From a virus, in IMG/VR virus record IMGVR_UViG_3300029286_002355, positions 32,001-96,000 of that record: a stretch of DNA of 64,000 nt; one strand, 5' to 3'. Below, piece after piece: positions 18,000 through 26,694 of this stretch (its first letter is position 1; each line of letters begins with the position of its first letter). Made by a program: the position numbers and the translations under genes. The notes under the pieces are model-generated. The model searched no databases. It was given only the letters and a program-made list of their open reading frames with translations, and had not been told where the DNA came from.

Positions 18000-18188
18000 T
18001 TATTCTTTAACCCATTGATGACCGCATTTATGACAAGTAACCTTAATAGCTCTCTTGGATAAGGCCCAATTGAACACCTTACGATAAAAGAATTGTTTTA
18101 CAATACCACCAAACAATCCATAAGTTGTTATCGTAAGGTTTCGCTTACAATTAGGGCATACCAAATCGAGTTTAGTTACCAGTTGCAT
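18000..18188 (-). CDS. Small zinc-ribbon protein
   Basis: CPNC...CHKCGH. Confidence 0.65.
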   Translation of the reverse strand: MQLVTKLDLVCPNCKRNLTITTYGLFGGIVKQFFYRKVFNWALSKRAIKVTCHKCGHQWVKE

Positions 18189-18982
18189 TAAGCAAGGTAC
18201 TCCGTAGACTTCTCAACCCTCATTCCACGTTTAATCATGTCGATAACGAAGTCTTTACCAAGCTTATCAAAGCCGGTTACATTCGAACAGCAATCTTCTA
18301 GGAGAACGAATTTCTTGATATTTTCGTCACCAAAAGCTTTAGCCACTTGTTCAACGGTAGCTTTTACGCAATGGCTTAACGCCTCTCCTGCTATTAAAAG
18401 AGAGTCCGCCTCCTGAAGAGTCTTTATTAGTCCAGTATTTAACATGGTGCTAGGTTCTTCGGGAGAGGGAACTTCCGCCTCAAGTGCCCCATAATGCTCC
18501 GACATATAGAAATCGCCTTTAACACAATAATCCGCCATTCTCTTCCTGTCTTTTTCCCATTGAATAATAGCATCAGAAACGTTAGGGACAAGAGCATGGC
18601 CCCAAGATCCTATAAGACAGTGATAGGGCCAAATAATTAGTGGATATTTACCCTTTGTCGATAGCTCTTCAACATAATCAATTCCCCTTTTTCTCAGTCC
18701 CAAAAGGGTTGTTTGCCACACACTCTTCCTGACATCATCTACGCTAATAACCGTAAATGGCTGAGGATGCTCGTTTTTGGAATTAACCCAGAAAGCAGAA
18801 TGGAATACCTGCATTACTTTGTGTGAATCTAAAGTTGCATGTATACGGTCAATTTTCTTGCCCACCCTATTGATGAATTTAGACAATCTATCCATATCCC
18901 CATCGGCACCGGGAACGAACAAATTCCCTTTTGGACTAGAAAAATCATTTTGACAATCAATAGCTAACAGATGTACTTTCAT
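18188..18982 (-). CDS. pncA: Nicotinamidase/isochorismatase-family cysteine hydrolase
   Basis: IDCQNDF, LFVPGA, TLDSH, WPYHC..GSWG, AGEALSHCV. Confidence 0.85.
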   Translation of the reverse strand: MKVHLLAIDCQNDFSSPKGNLFVPGADGDMDRLSKFINRVGKKIDRIHATLDSHKVMQVFHSAFWVNSKNEHPQPFTVISVDDVRKSVWQTTLLGLRKRGIDYVEELSTKGKYPLIIWPYHCLIGSWGHALVPNVSDAIIQWEKDRKRMADYCVKGDFYMSEHYGALEAEVPSPEEPSTMLNTGLIKTLQEADSLLIAGEALSHCVKATVEQVAKAFGDENIKKFVLLEDCCSNVTGFDKLGKDFVIDMIKRGMRVEKSTEYLA

Positions 18983-19032
18983 ATTTTCTCCTTTGTTACT
19001 TTGTTTATCTTAATCCTATCTTAATTACAAAC

Positions 19033-19060
19033 ATTGTAGTCGAAGTAAAAAAAAATGCAA
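19033..19060 (-). promoter_or_regulatory. sigma70-type promoter
   Basis: TTGCAT-16-TACAAT. Confidence 0.6.
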
Positions 19061-19061
19061 G

Positions 19062-20030
19062 CTATTTTTTCATATTTTTTTCAACATAATCTTTTTCCTC
19101 TTTACTCAGGGTATGACAAATAAACCTAAATTTTCCACCCATCACCCGTACAACATACTTCTTTTTAGATACGACATTCCTAAGATAATGCATCCATCCT
19201 TTCCCTAAAAAGTTTTTCTTGTTAAATCCCGTAACCTCCACATATGTATTTGTTTCTGGAAAAAAGAAATCGTATCTTTTTAGCCCTCTTTTCCCAAGAT
19301 GCCCATATTTTTCATTGTGGATAAAGTTTAAATTATCTTTTTTGTATTTCAAATAAAAGAATGCTTCTGTTTTAGATGCGCACCTTGCACCATCCTTAAG
19401 AACTATCTTGTTTGCCTTACTACATTTTGGACAGTGGTTCCCGTCATTTCTATGATAAACCTCTGTTTCCCATTCATGCCTACAGGTAGAACATATCCAC
19501 CATGCCACAAAATTACTTCCGGGAGATACATCGAATGGAGTACGCTTCCTATTTTTTGTGGGGTGCCATTCTTTTGCTATTTTAGGCAGTTGGGTCTTCA
19601 AACAATTACTTTTACAAACCTTATGTCCGCTACAATATGGACAGCCGTTACCGCTATTTCTATAATTAATTCCGGCTTTCCATTCATGTGTTTCACCATT
19701 AACAATATGCTCCCACCATACGGATTTGCTAGAACCCGGCAAAAAATCAAATGGGCCTCTTACATTTTTGTGTCCCCACTCTTTAGAAAGTAATGGGTTA
19801 ACAGATCCTAACGATATACACTTAGGACATTGACCATAATTAAAGAGAGTCCTGTAATATATTTTTGTTTTCCATTCATTTCCGCATTTTATACATTTCC
19901 ACCATGCTTTTCTGTCAGATCCATAACCAATTTTTGTTACATCGAGTTTTCCATTTTTTGTAGGGTGCCATTCTTTTGCCAATATTGGATTGTGTATAGC
20001 AAGGGATATCTTTTTACAATTTTTTTTCAT
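19062..20030 (-). CDS. Zinc-ribbon-repeat (DUF4379-like) protein with C-terminal PD-(D/E)xK-like nuclease; putative homing endonuclease
   Basis: Repeats LAKEWHPTKN...WWKC..C..EW, CPYCSG; C-terminal SKTEA...YDFFFP..YVEVTG. Confidence 0.75.
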   Translation of the reverse strand: MKKNCKKISLAIHNPILAKEWHPTKNGKLDVTKIGYGSDRKAWWKCIKCGNEWKTKIYYRTLFNYGQCPKCISLGSVNPLLSKEWGHKNVRGPFDFLPGSSKSVWWEHIVNGETHEWKAGINYRNSGNGCPYCSGHKVCKSNCLKTQLPKIAKEWHPTKNRKRTPFDVSPGSNFVAWWICSTCRHEWETEVYHRNDGNHCPKCSKANKIVLKDGARCASKTEAFFYLKYKKDNLNFIHNEKYGHLGKRGLKRYDFFFPETNTYVEVTGFNKKNFLGKGWMHYLRNVVSKKKYVVRVMGGKFRFICHTLSKEEKDYVEKNMKK

Positions 20031-20212
20031 TGTTTTACCCCTTCTATTTTTATATTATACACATTTATGATAATATCTTCTATGTATTGGGATAGAAACG
20101 ATTCTAATTCTTCTACTATAAGCGATTCTATATCAATGTGGTGTGATCTAATTACTTCTAGTTTTTGGACTAAATCAACTAACCTAACAGTACTGGTAAT
20201 ATTGAGTTGCAT
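20027..20212 (-). CDS. Small protein, possible ribbon-helix-helix regulator
   Basis: 61 aa with strand-helix-helix pattern (ITSTVRL / LVQKLE / IESLIVEELESFL); SD aaggag. Confidence 0.5.
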   Translation of the reverse strand: MQLNITSTVRLVDLVQKLEVIRSHHIDIESLIVEELESFLSQYIEDIIINVYNIKIEGVKQ

Positions 20213-20340
20213 TGGCGGCTTCTCCTTATTATATTAAACACAAAAGCCCAAGAATACCTCCATAGAAGCCGCCAAGCTAACAGGGGAGAGTCTCCAAGGG
20301 CTTTTGTTATGTTCATTTTATTTAGCTTTGGCGGCTTTTT
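20212..20340 (-). ncRNA. Putative pseudoknot/switch leader RNA, copy 1
   Basis: P1 20322-20337 pairs with 20266-20280, which is the loop of a long hairpin closed by 20298-20307/20240-20249; 10 nt of P1a repeated at the start codon (20212-20221). Confidence 0.6.
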
Positions 20341-20380
20341 CATACACTAATATTATACAATAAAAGCCATCAAAATACCT

Positions 20381-21145
20381 TTATTTGTTCTTCATTATCT
20401 TTCCTAATCTTTTCACAATAATATCGTAATATTTTTGCTCTTTTTCAATTCCAATAAATCTACGATTAAGGTTGTAAGCAGCTTCTAATGTTGAGCCTGA
20501 ACCAGCACAATTATCTAAAACCAAATTTCCTTCATTGGTATAAGTTCTGATCAAATATTCCATGAGCGCAACAGGTTTTTCAGAAGGATGATTTTTGTTT
20601 TTCCCATTATTAACCACGGGGAAATTTAGTATAGAAGTAGGGTAACGATCTGTTTGTCCACCGCCCTTGATTCCCCACTTTGTTTTTCCGTAAGTCAAAG
20701 TTGCGGCCCCTTCATGATGGGTAAACGAATTAACAGGTTTATGTCCTGTTGTTTTTTGGGGATTATAAGTTGGTGGATTTCTATAAAAAACTAAAACGGA
20801 TTCATGCTTCCTCAGGGGTTGTTTTTTGGCGTTTAAAAATCCTGTTACTTTATTTTTTACCCAAATCAAGTCGTACCTAAAAATGGACATATTGCTAGCT
20901 ATTAACTTTGTTCTAAAGGGTTCTACGGCAGTAAAAACCATTGCGGCGTTACTTTTTGTTATTCTTAGATATTGTTCCCATAGCGGTTCAAAGGGTATGA
21001 TTACGTCCCATGTTTGGCGATTGGTTACAGAATAAGGCAAATCACACAAGACCATATCAATTGATTGGTCTGGAATATTTTTCATTAGTTCCAAACAATC
21101 GCCCAACCAAACTCCCCGACTAAATTTATCCGAATTGTTTTTCAT
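20381..21145 (-). CDS. DNA N6-adenine/N4-cytosine methyltransferase (beta class)
   Basis: CDLPY (motif IV), HPSEKP, VLDNCAGSGST (motif I). Confidence 0.92.
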   Translation of the reverse strand: MKNNSDKFSRGVWLGDCLELMKNIPDQSIDMVLCDLPYSVTNRQTWDVIIPFEPLWEQYLRITKSNAAMVFTAVEPFRTKLIASNMSIFRYDLIWVKNKVTGFLNAKKQPLRKHESVLVFYRNPPTYNPQKTTGHKPVNSFTHHEGAATLTYGKTKWGIKGGGQTDRYPTSILNFPVVNNGKNKNHPSEKPVALMEYLIRTYTNEGNLVLDNCAGSGSTLEAAYNLNRRFIGIEKEQKYYDIIVKRLGKIMKNK

Positions 21146-21834
21146 GGATTTTGATTAATTTTTATGACCAATTTATCACTTAAATATTTTGCCCCCAACA
21201 AGAAATCAAACTCTTCTTTATTGGTTGGTAATTCTCCGAAAACATCTTTAATAACATTTACTAAATAAAGAGGATGGCTTTGTTTATCCCATGCGTCAAT
21301 AGGATGGTTTTCGTCTCCATCTGACTCCCAGTGATCTTCTAGCCATTTATAACTACAAGCAATCCCTATTTCAACTACTTCATTTAATATCCATGATGGC
21401 AAATGATGGAGGGATAGTTTGGTTACGTTTTTATATCCTGCCAAAATAGGATTACAAAATGGTGAGTGTCTATCGTTTTTCGGTTCATGACATAACGCTA
21501 TATCCAATCGAATGTTAAAGGGGTGCATCCAAACAAAGGCGTTCCTATTTTTAACCCAATTAGCCCATGTTCCACAATTCAATTTGGGCCTTAAAGCTTT
21601 ATTACAACTATCATATCCGTTATTGCTGATATCCGAATGATAATCTAGGTTAATAATACGATCACAATGAGATTTATTTATAAATGGGAGTAGGTCGGCG
21701 TGATCATCCACAATTTTGATTGGTAGACCAGTAGCCTTAATTTGCCGCATGAATTTAAGGCATTCTTTTGCGGGTCTATCGTTCCAAAAATCTAGATCTA
21801 TGGATAGATACGTTTTCAAGGTTATCTCAAACAA
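21142..21834 (-). CDS. Hypothetical protein, UPF0489/arginase-fold-like
   Basis: LSIDLDFW, VDDHADL, NLDYHSDI. Confidence 0.5.
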   Translation of the reverse strand: MFEITLKTYLSIDLDFWNDRPAKECLKFMRQIKATGLPIKIVDDHADLLPFINKSHCDRIINLDYHSDISNNGYDSCNKALRPKLNCGTWANWVKNRNAFVWMHPFNIRLDIALCHEPKNDRHSPFCNPILAGYKNVTKLSLHHLPSWILNEVVEIGIACSYKWLEDHWESDGDENHPIDAWDKQSHPLYLVNVIKDVFGELPTNKEEFDFLLGAKYLSDKLVIKINQNP

Positions 21835-22226
21835 GTAATGGAATCTGCGACATAAGTTCCGTGAGGGGCGTTTTCGGTAAAAGGGACAGAAGCACCTTTT
21901 GTTTTATTTACATAATCCCAAAAATATGTTAGCTGGGTTAAGCTATTAGTAATGAATGGTTGTTTTTTGGGGTTAGTGGCAATACATTTTACAGTAATAT
22001 ATTCTACTCCATTATACCTGCCTAACCTGCCTATGTAATTTTTGGCATCTTTTTCACTTTTAAAAAAGAATAATTTTGATCCTTTTAGAGACGGAAACAC
22101 TTCAACATTGACCGGATAACGTATAGAATGAATATTTAGATTATCCCAATCGCTAATGGAGCGTCTATTCTTTTTAAGTAAAACTTTCCACCCCTTACAC
22201 TTATTTATTGTTTTTGATTTTTTCAT
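21822..22226 (-). CDS. Phage paralog family A, copy 2
   Basis: GWKVLL...YPVNVEVFPSLKGSKLFFF...VKCIATNP...GTYVADSITCL. Confidence 0.8.
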   Translation of the reverse strand: MKKSKTINKCKGWKVLLKKNRRSISDWDNLNIHSIRYPVNVEVFPSLKGSKLFFFKSEKDAKNYIGRLGRYNGVEYITVKCIATNPKKQPFITNSLTQLTYFWDYVNKTKGASVPFTENAPHGTYVADSITCLR

Positions 22227-22254
22227 ACTTGTCTCCTTCTCTGCAATACGAACG

Positions 22255-22497
22255 TCATTTTTCATAAGTTACTGTTCTTTTTCTTTTGGGAACAGGAGCC
22301 GAAGCTTTGGGTTCTTTACACTCGTCTTGATCTAGCGGAACCACGTAAGTATCAACTCCGCAACCGCAACCGCATGTAAAATGAATTATTTTACCTTTAA
22401 TAATTCCTCTTTTGATTCTGGAATTGAGAACTGAGTCTATCCACTTGGACTCTCTCATTTGTTTCCCGCTTAAGAAATACTTATCCGATCTTTTCAT
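22255..22497 (-). CDS. Hypothetical protein
   Basis: ORF from MKRSDK, contains CGCGCG. Confidence 0.55.
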   Translation of the reverse strand: MKRSDKYFLSGKQMRESKWIDSVLNSRIKRGIIKGKIIHFTCGCGCGVDTYVVPLDQDECKEPKASAPVPKRKRTVTYEK

Positions 22498-23485
22498 CTT
22501 CCTCCTCCACAACAACATGAAACTTATCTATGAATTTCTGTTTAAGATTAATTCCTATAGAAATCTTTTTTGCCCCAACATTCTTAAGCTCTTCCTCCAT
22601 GGTTGAGCCATTCTTGCGAAGAGAGAAGATGATTCCCTTTTCGAAAGCATAAACGGTTTTAGGTATAATGGTAAGCGCAAACTCCTTCTGCTCCTTGATA
22701 TCCTTATGATCTTGGTAAACAGAAGCAATACGGTTTTTGATTTCCGTATAAATACCATCCACAAAAGTAAAGTACGGTTCATCTTCGGGAAAATAACGAA
22801 GATATTCAGGGTGTTCATTTCCCATAATAAGATTTAGGACATTCTTGGGCGAAATATTTCCGTTCTCCCTCATGTGGGCTACGGCAACAAAAGAAGGGTT
22901 CTTTGTTTTAACTCTATGATGAGACCCATTTTCATTTTCAATTACAACCACCACTCCTTCTTGAAGCGTTGGAAAAGATTCTACCAACTTAAATAGCTCG
23001 GCAAAATCCTTACAAACGAAAATTTCTGGGCGATCAACTTCCATCATCCTTGCAACATTATTTAGCTCCGTATTGGAAAGTTCCCGATAGTTGTTGCGCT
23101 CAAGATTGTTCCTGCCACCAATAAGTGTAATTTTGTTTTCCGTATAGGGAGAAACAACCCGGTTTTCTGGCCCCGTAAGCTCGAATACAAGAGTAAATTC
23201 TTTCATTTCTAAAAGTGTAAGAAACTCCTTAAGACCTGTTTTCTTTTCAGCATCCCAAAATACTTCGGCAAAAGTTCTTCCTAGATTGGTTTGTCCCTCT
23301 GCGAAAGCCATTTTTCGAGTAGCTACGCACCACTTCTCTCCGTCAAAATAAAGCGAAAGCAGAGAGTTATGAACCAGCATATCGTTTGCAAAATAATTTT
23401 CGGTAGTAGTTTGCAAATCATAGCGTTTTGACTTACACTCTACCTTCTTAATCAATTTTATTTTGGCGAGCATAGGTTTACCCAT
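22481..23485 (-). CDS. Split RNA ligase, C-terminal gene: C-intein (to HN at 23366) + C-extein of a T4 Rnl1-like ligase
   Basis: KRYDLQTTTENYFANDMLVHN|S (intein blocks F/G), then SLLSLY, TRKMAF, FELTG, EGVVV, KTKN ligase motifs. Confidence 0.9.
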   Translation of the reverse strand: MGKPMLAKIKLIKKVECKSKRYDLQTTTENYFANDMLVHNSLLSLYFDGEKWCVATRKMAFAEGQTNLGRTFAEVFWDAEKKTGLKEFLTLLEMKEFTLVFELTGPENRVVSPYTENKITLIGGRNNLERNNYRELSNTELNNVARMMEVDRPEIFVCKDFAELFKLVESFPTLQEGVVVVIENENGSHHRVKTKNPSFVAVAHMRENGNISPKNVLNLIMGNEHPEYLRYFPEDEPYFTFVDGIYTEIKNRIASVYQDHKDIKEQKEFALTIIPKTVYAFEKGIIFSLRKNGSTMEEELKNVGAKKISIGINLKQKFIDKFHVVVEEEDEKIG

Positions 23486-23512
23486 AAAGCCCCTTTCTCA
23501 ATTGTTTGCGCT

Positions 23513-23540
23513 ATCATAACATTTTTATTTAATAAGGCAA
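23513..23540 (-). promoter_or_regulatory. Promoter for the C-intein/ligase gene
   Basis: TTGCCT-16-TATGAT with extended TG; SD gaaagggg downstream. Confidence 0.5.
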
Positions 23541-24677
23541 GATAAATCTTCTGTTAACAAAAGTTTTTCTGCCACCAACTTTTCTAGCTCTTCGTCATTG
23601 CATCTTCTAATTTCGTTTTCCCAAACATAAACCACAAAATATCCCATTTTTTCTGCCATGTTCTTTTTTTTCAAATCCCTATTCCATAGTTCTTGTGCTA
23701 ATATTTTATTACCAAACGGAAACGGCAACATATCATTATGCTTGTATTTGTCGGGATTGGCATGATAAAAGTCTCCGTTCACCTCCAACAAAATCTTGCC
23801 AATCCTAAAATCAAACTGCTTAAATTTCAAATAAAAAGAATGAGTATATTCTAGCCCCCATTTTAATAATATGTTGTTTACTCTACCCTCTATGCTCGAT
23901 ACCGTTACGTGGTGCAATCTTGACAAAATTTTGCTTTTTTCTTCATCTGATAGTTTTTCCCATCTACGCTTACATCCATCACTGAATTCATTTCTTTTCT
24001 TCGGGCAATTCTTTCCAGTATTTTTTAACAACTTCACTTTTTTCTTTTCTTTTCTTTTTCGTCTGACAAGGCCAATCGGTCCCATAATTTTTCCTTGAGG
24101 TCGCCACTCGTTTCTTTTCTATATCTCCCCATTTTTCATCGTTAAATTTCAATCGTGCTTCTGATATTTTTTCTGGATTACAAACCCTTTTTACACCATA
24201 TCTTCCCATAATTGTTGAGGTTATTTTTTCTTTTATTACTTCTATCTGAAATACATTATTTACGCCATATCTTTCTTGAACGGTTTTGTTTCTTTTGTCA
24301 TAAGCATCTGTTCCCCTACTCAACACGTTTATTTTCCCATATTTTTTTAAGCAAGTAGTTTCAAATTTTTTCTTTCGTTGTGGTAAACTGGAACTAACTT
24401 TAATACTTCTAGTCTCGAAGCCATAATATTTTAAAAGGAAAATTGTTTCTTTGAACCATAATCCAAATTCGTTTTTTATGTCTGGTAAACTTTTTTGTTT
24501 TACCACGTATTCTTCTTCTAGCTTTTCTTTGGTCGCTATAAGTGGGAAATTATATGCCAAGAAACTTGCTTTTATATCATTTTTGCCAAGATCTCCCCTG
24601 CTTTCGCACTTATATATGTGATGGCCCTTTATTTCCCCAAATGATAATTCTTTATAACAAAATGGACATTTTCTCAT
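23525..24677 (-). pseudogene. Vsr/DUF559-like homing endonuclease, frameshifted near 23990
   Basis: Two overlapping ORFs (23988-24677, 23525-24085) join as WKELPEEK/RNEFSDGCKRRWEKLSDEEK; C-part SSIEG..FDF..LLEVNGDFYHANP..RD..K..GY..VYVWE. Confidence 0.7.
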
Positions 24678-24724
24678 TTTTTATCCCCAAGACAAACATG
24701 ACCCACTCATATTTGTCGTGTATA

Positions 24725-25363
24725 TTAGTTCGATAGAAAAACAGAATCTCCTTCTTTTAATTCTTTTACTTTTCTATAGCACTTAAATTCTGGTAGCCAT
24801 ACATAATGTTCGCTTGTTAGTTTAATGGTTTTCCCGTTTTCTAGTTCTATTTCAAACCAATCGTCATTATTGTTTTTAATAGAAAACGCAAGAACATCAG
24901 CCCAAACAGTTTCCCCTGTATCGGTATCATACGCCAATATCTCTACCTTTTTTTTAGCCTCGCATATTTCTTTTATTGTTTTGTCACCGTCACGAGTTGT
25001 TATGAGCACATCTTCGGAACAACACCCATCTAGCTTGTTTTGAATCAACGCATCATTGAGACAAAGCTTCCATGTTCTAGGTTCATCAAAACTAGCTTCA
25101 CGTTGATTCCCTGAAAGCTTATCCTTTTCTTCGATCCCTTCTGCAAAATTATAAAAACGAACGAAGGACATTGCCATAACTTCCCAAGTTCCTTTGCGCA
25201 GGATTAGTCCACGGCATTCATCGCAGATTGGATTGAACTTAGGGCTATCAATTTGCGAGTAATTTAGTGTTACTCTGTCGGGATATTCTTTGACTTCAAT
25301 ATGGAATTCGTCTTGGAGTTTTTGAAGACCGTTTTTTATTAGATATTCTTGGACGTTAAGCAT
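24725..25363 (-). CDS. Split RNA ligase, N-terminal gene: Rnl1-like N-extein + 99-aa N-intein
   Basis: LNYSQ, ECRGLIL, FVRFYN, KLDG|CCSEDVLITT (Cys1 at 25022-25024), block B LTSEH, stop at 24725; SD aagga before MLNVQEY. Confidence 0.9.
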   Translation of the reverse strand: MLNVQEYLIKNGLQKLQDEFHIEVKEYPDRVTLNYSQIDSPKFNPICDECRGLILRKGTWEVMAMSFVRFYNFAEGIEEKDKLSGNQREASFDEPRTWKLCLNDALIQNKLDGCCSEDVLITTRDGDKTIKEICEAKKKVEILAYDTDTGETVWADVLAFSIKNNNDDWFEIELENGKTIKLTSEHYVWLPEFKCYRKVKELKEGDSVFLSN

Positions 25364-25370
25364 AGTATCC

Positions 25371-25571
25371 TTAAATTTCTTTCTTGCATCCTGAACAATT
25401 AGTTGACCTGATCGTGCAATAACAACCCTTATTTTTATCAAACAACTTTTTGGCCTTTTTTACAGCCGATACACTATTGCGAGCTTCAACTTCATAAGTT
25501 GCGCTATCGTTATGATCGTACCCATTATATCCTTCGTATGAATAGTCAAATTGTATTTTGTATCTTTTCAC
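25371..25571 (-). CDS. Hypothetical protein
   Basis: 66-aa ORF. Confidence 0.55.
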   Translation of the reverse strand: MKRYKIQFDYSYEGYNGYDHNDSATYEVEARNSVSAVKKAKKLFDKNKGCYCTIRSTNCSGCKKEI

Positions 25572-25590
25572 GTTGCCTTCTTAGTCTTTC

Positions 25591-25884
25591 TTACATTCTA
25601 TCTTCGGTATAGATACATGGGTTTTTACCAAGAGCATCTCTCCACCCCTTTCGCATAAGCTTGAAATGTTTCTTCTTTTGTGCCATATATTTCTTTTTGG
25701 CTTCCTCTCCGTGTCGCCATATATCTTCGATTTCTTGGGCCAACTGAGGAATTCTACCAAAACCATGCTCCTTACAAAGCAGCAATAGGTCAATAAGAAC
25801 ATTCTTTTCTCGGTAATAGCCTACAGTTTCCTTCGGCCAAACATTAATACAATCCAGATCTTCTACTTTTGGTGTTTTGTGCAT
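25591..25884 (-). CDS. Hypothetical protein
   Basis: 97-aa ORF, SD gaaagg. Confidence 0.65.
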   Translation of the reverse strand: MHKTPKVEDLDCINVWPKETVGYYREKNVLIDLLLLCKEHGFGRIPQLAQEIEDIWRHGEEAKKKYMAQKKKHFKLMRKGWRDALGKNPCIYTEDRM

Positions 25885-25899
25885 TTTCGTTCCTTTCTT

Positions 25900-26151
25900 T
25901 TATGCCACTTTCTCTCTGAGTTTTTCTATTGGTTTTACTCCTGCCATTTTTGCCACTTTCTCTTCGGCTTCTTTTTTCTCGTTATATTTGTCCATTGCTG
26001 TCTCAAATTCATCCATGCTCCACCCATTCTCTTCTCTTGTTTTCGACCATTCCACAAGTAGATTGAAAGTTTTAACCCTGTATCTGCCCCAAGCCTCGTC
26101 AAATAGACGTTTCATGGTTTCAAAATCCGCCTGAACAGGTTTCTTTTTCAT
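25900..26151 (-). CDS. Hypothetical protein
   Basis: ORF from MKKKPVQ, SD aaagga. Confidence 0.65.
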   Translation of the reverse strand: MKKKPVQADFETMKRLFDEAWGRYRVKTFNLLVEWSKTREENGWSMDEFETAMDKYNEKKEAEEKVAKMAGVKPIEKLREKVA

Positions 26152-26161
26152 ATTTATCCTT

Positions 26162-26536
26162 TCATTCCAAACAAGTGATGGAGTCAGCAACGTAAGTTCC
26201 TTCTGGTGCAAGATTTAAAAGACTGCTGATACCTGTTATTTCCCAAGAATATTTTATATCTTCTCTCATTGCGGCAACATATTTTTTCTTTTTTGGATTT
26301 TTAGCAATGCACTTCACAATTATACAATCGCTACAACTAGCCCTATCGAAACAAACAGCATCGGCATATTTTTTAAAAAAGAACAGTTTTGATCCAGTTA
26401 GTGTTGGGAACATTTCGACATTAACTGGATAGGTTATAGCGAACTCGTTTTTACCACTCCAATCGCTGATAGAACGTCTATTCTTTCTAAGTAAAACTTT
26501 CCACCCTTCGCACATCTTTGCCTTTTGTTTTTTCAT
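26162..26536 (-). CDS. Phage paralog family A, copy 3
   Basis: GWKVLL...YPVNVEMFPTLTGSKLFFF...VKCIAKNP...GTYVADSITCL. Confidence 0.8.
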   Translation of the reverse strand: MKKQKAKMCEGWKVLLRKNRRSISDWSGKNEFAITYPVNVEMFPTLTGSKLFFFKKYADAVCFDRASCSDCIIVKCIAKNPKKKKYVAAMREDIKYSWEITGISSLLNLAPEGTYVADSITCLE

Positions 26537-26694
26537 TCTGGCTTCCCTTCTGCTTTTTCTGCTTGTTCTAATATCCCCAAAACAATTCGTTTAACATACG
26601 CTTCTGATAGCACTCTTTGCTGACTTATAGAAAAGGCAAAGAGATCAAACACCTTCTTTGTTATATCGTAGGCAATTTTATCTTTATTTTTCAT
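26533..26694 (-). CDS. Hypothetical protein (53 aa)
   Basis: Manual translation MKNKDKIAYDITKKVFDLFAF...; overlaps both neighbours in a coupled fashion. Confidence 0.55.
   Translation of the reverse strand: MKNKDKIAYDITKKVFDLFAFSISQQRVLSEAYVKRIVLGILEQAEKAEGKPE

Noticed and set aside
20212-20340. Leader RNAs as HDV-like/theta ribozymes or IscB omega RNAs
   Set aside because: P1 is 11-15 bp rather than 7, no shared L3/J4-2 catalytic nucleotides across copies, and downstream proteins lack RuvC/IscB features; not formally excluded without a covariance search.
20179-20343. 54-aa leader peptide spanning leader RNA copy 1
   Set aside because: No SD, no equivalent in copies 2 and 3, and composition is explained by the RNA stems.
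20381-21145. DNA methyltransferases (this one and 61771-62676) as parts of restriction-modification systems
   Set aside because: No adjacent restriction endonuclease; orphan methyltransferases are ordinary in large phages.
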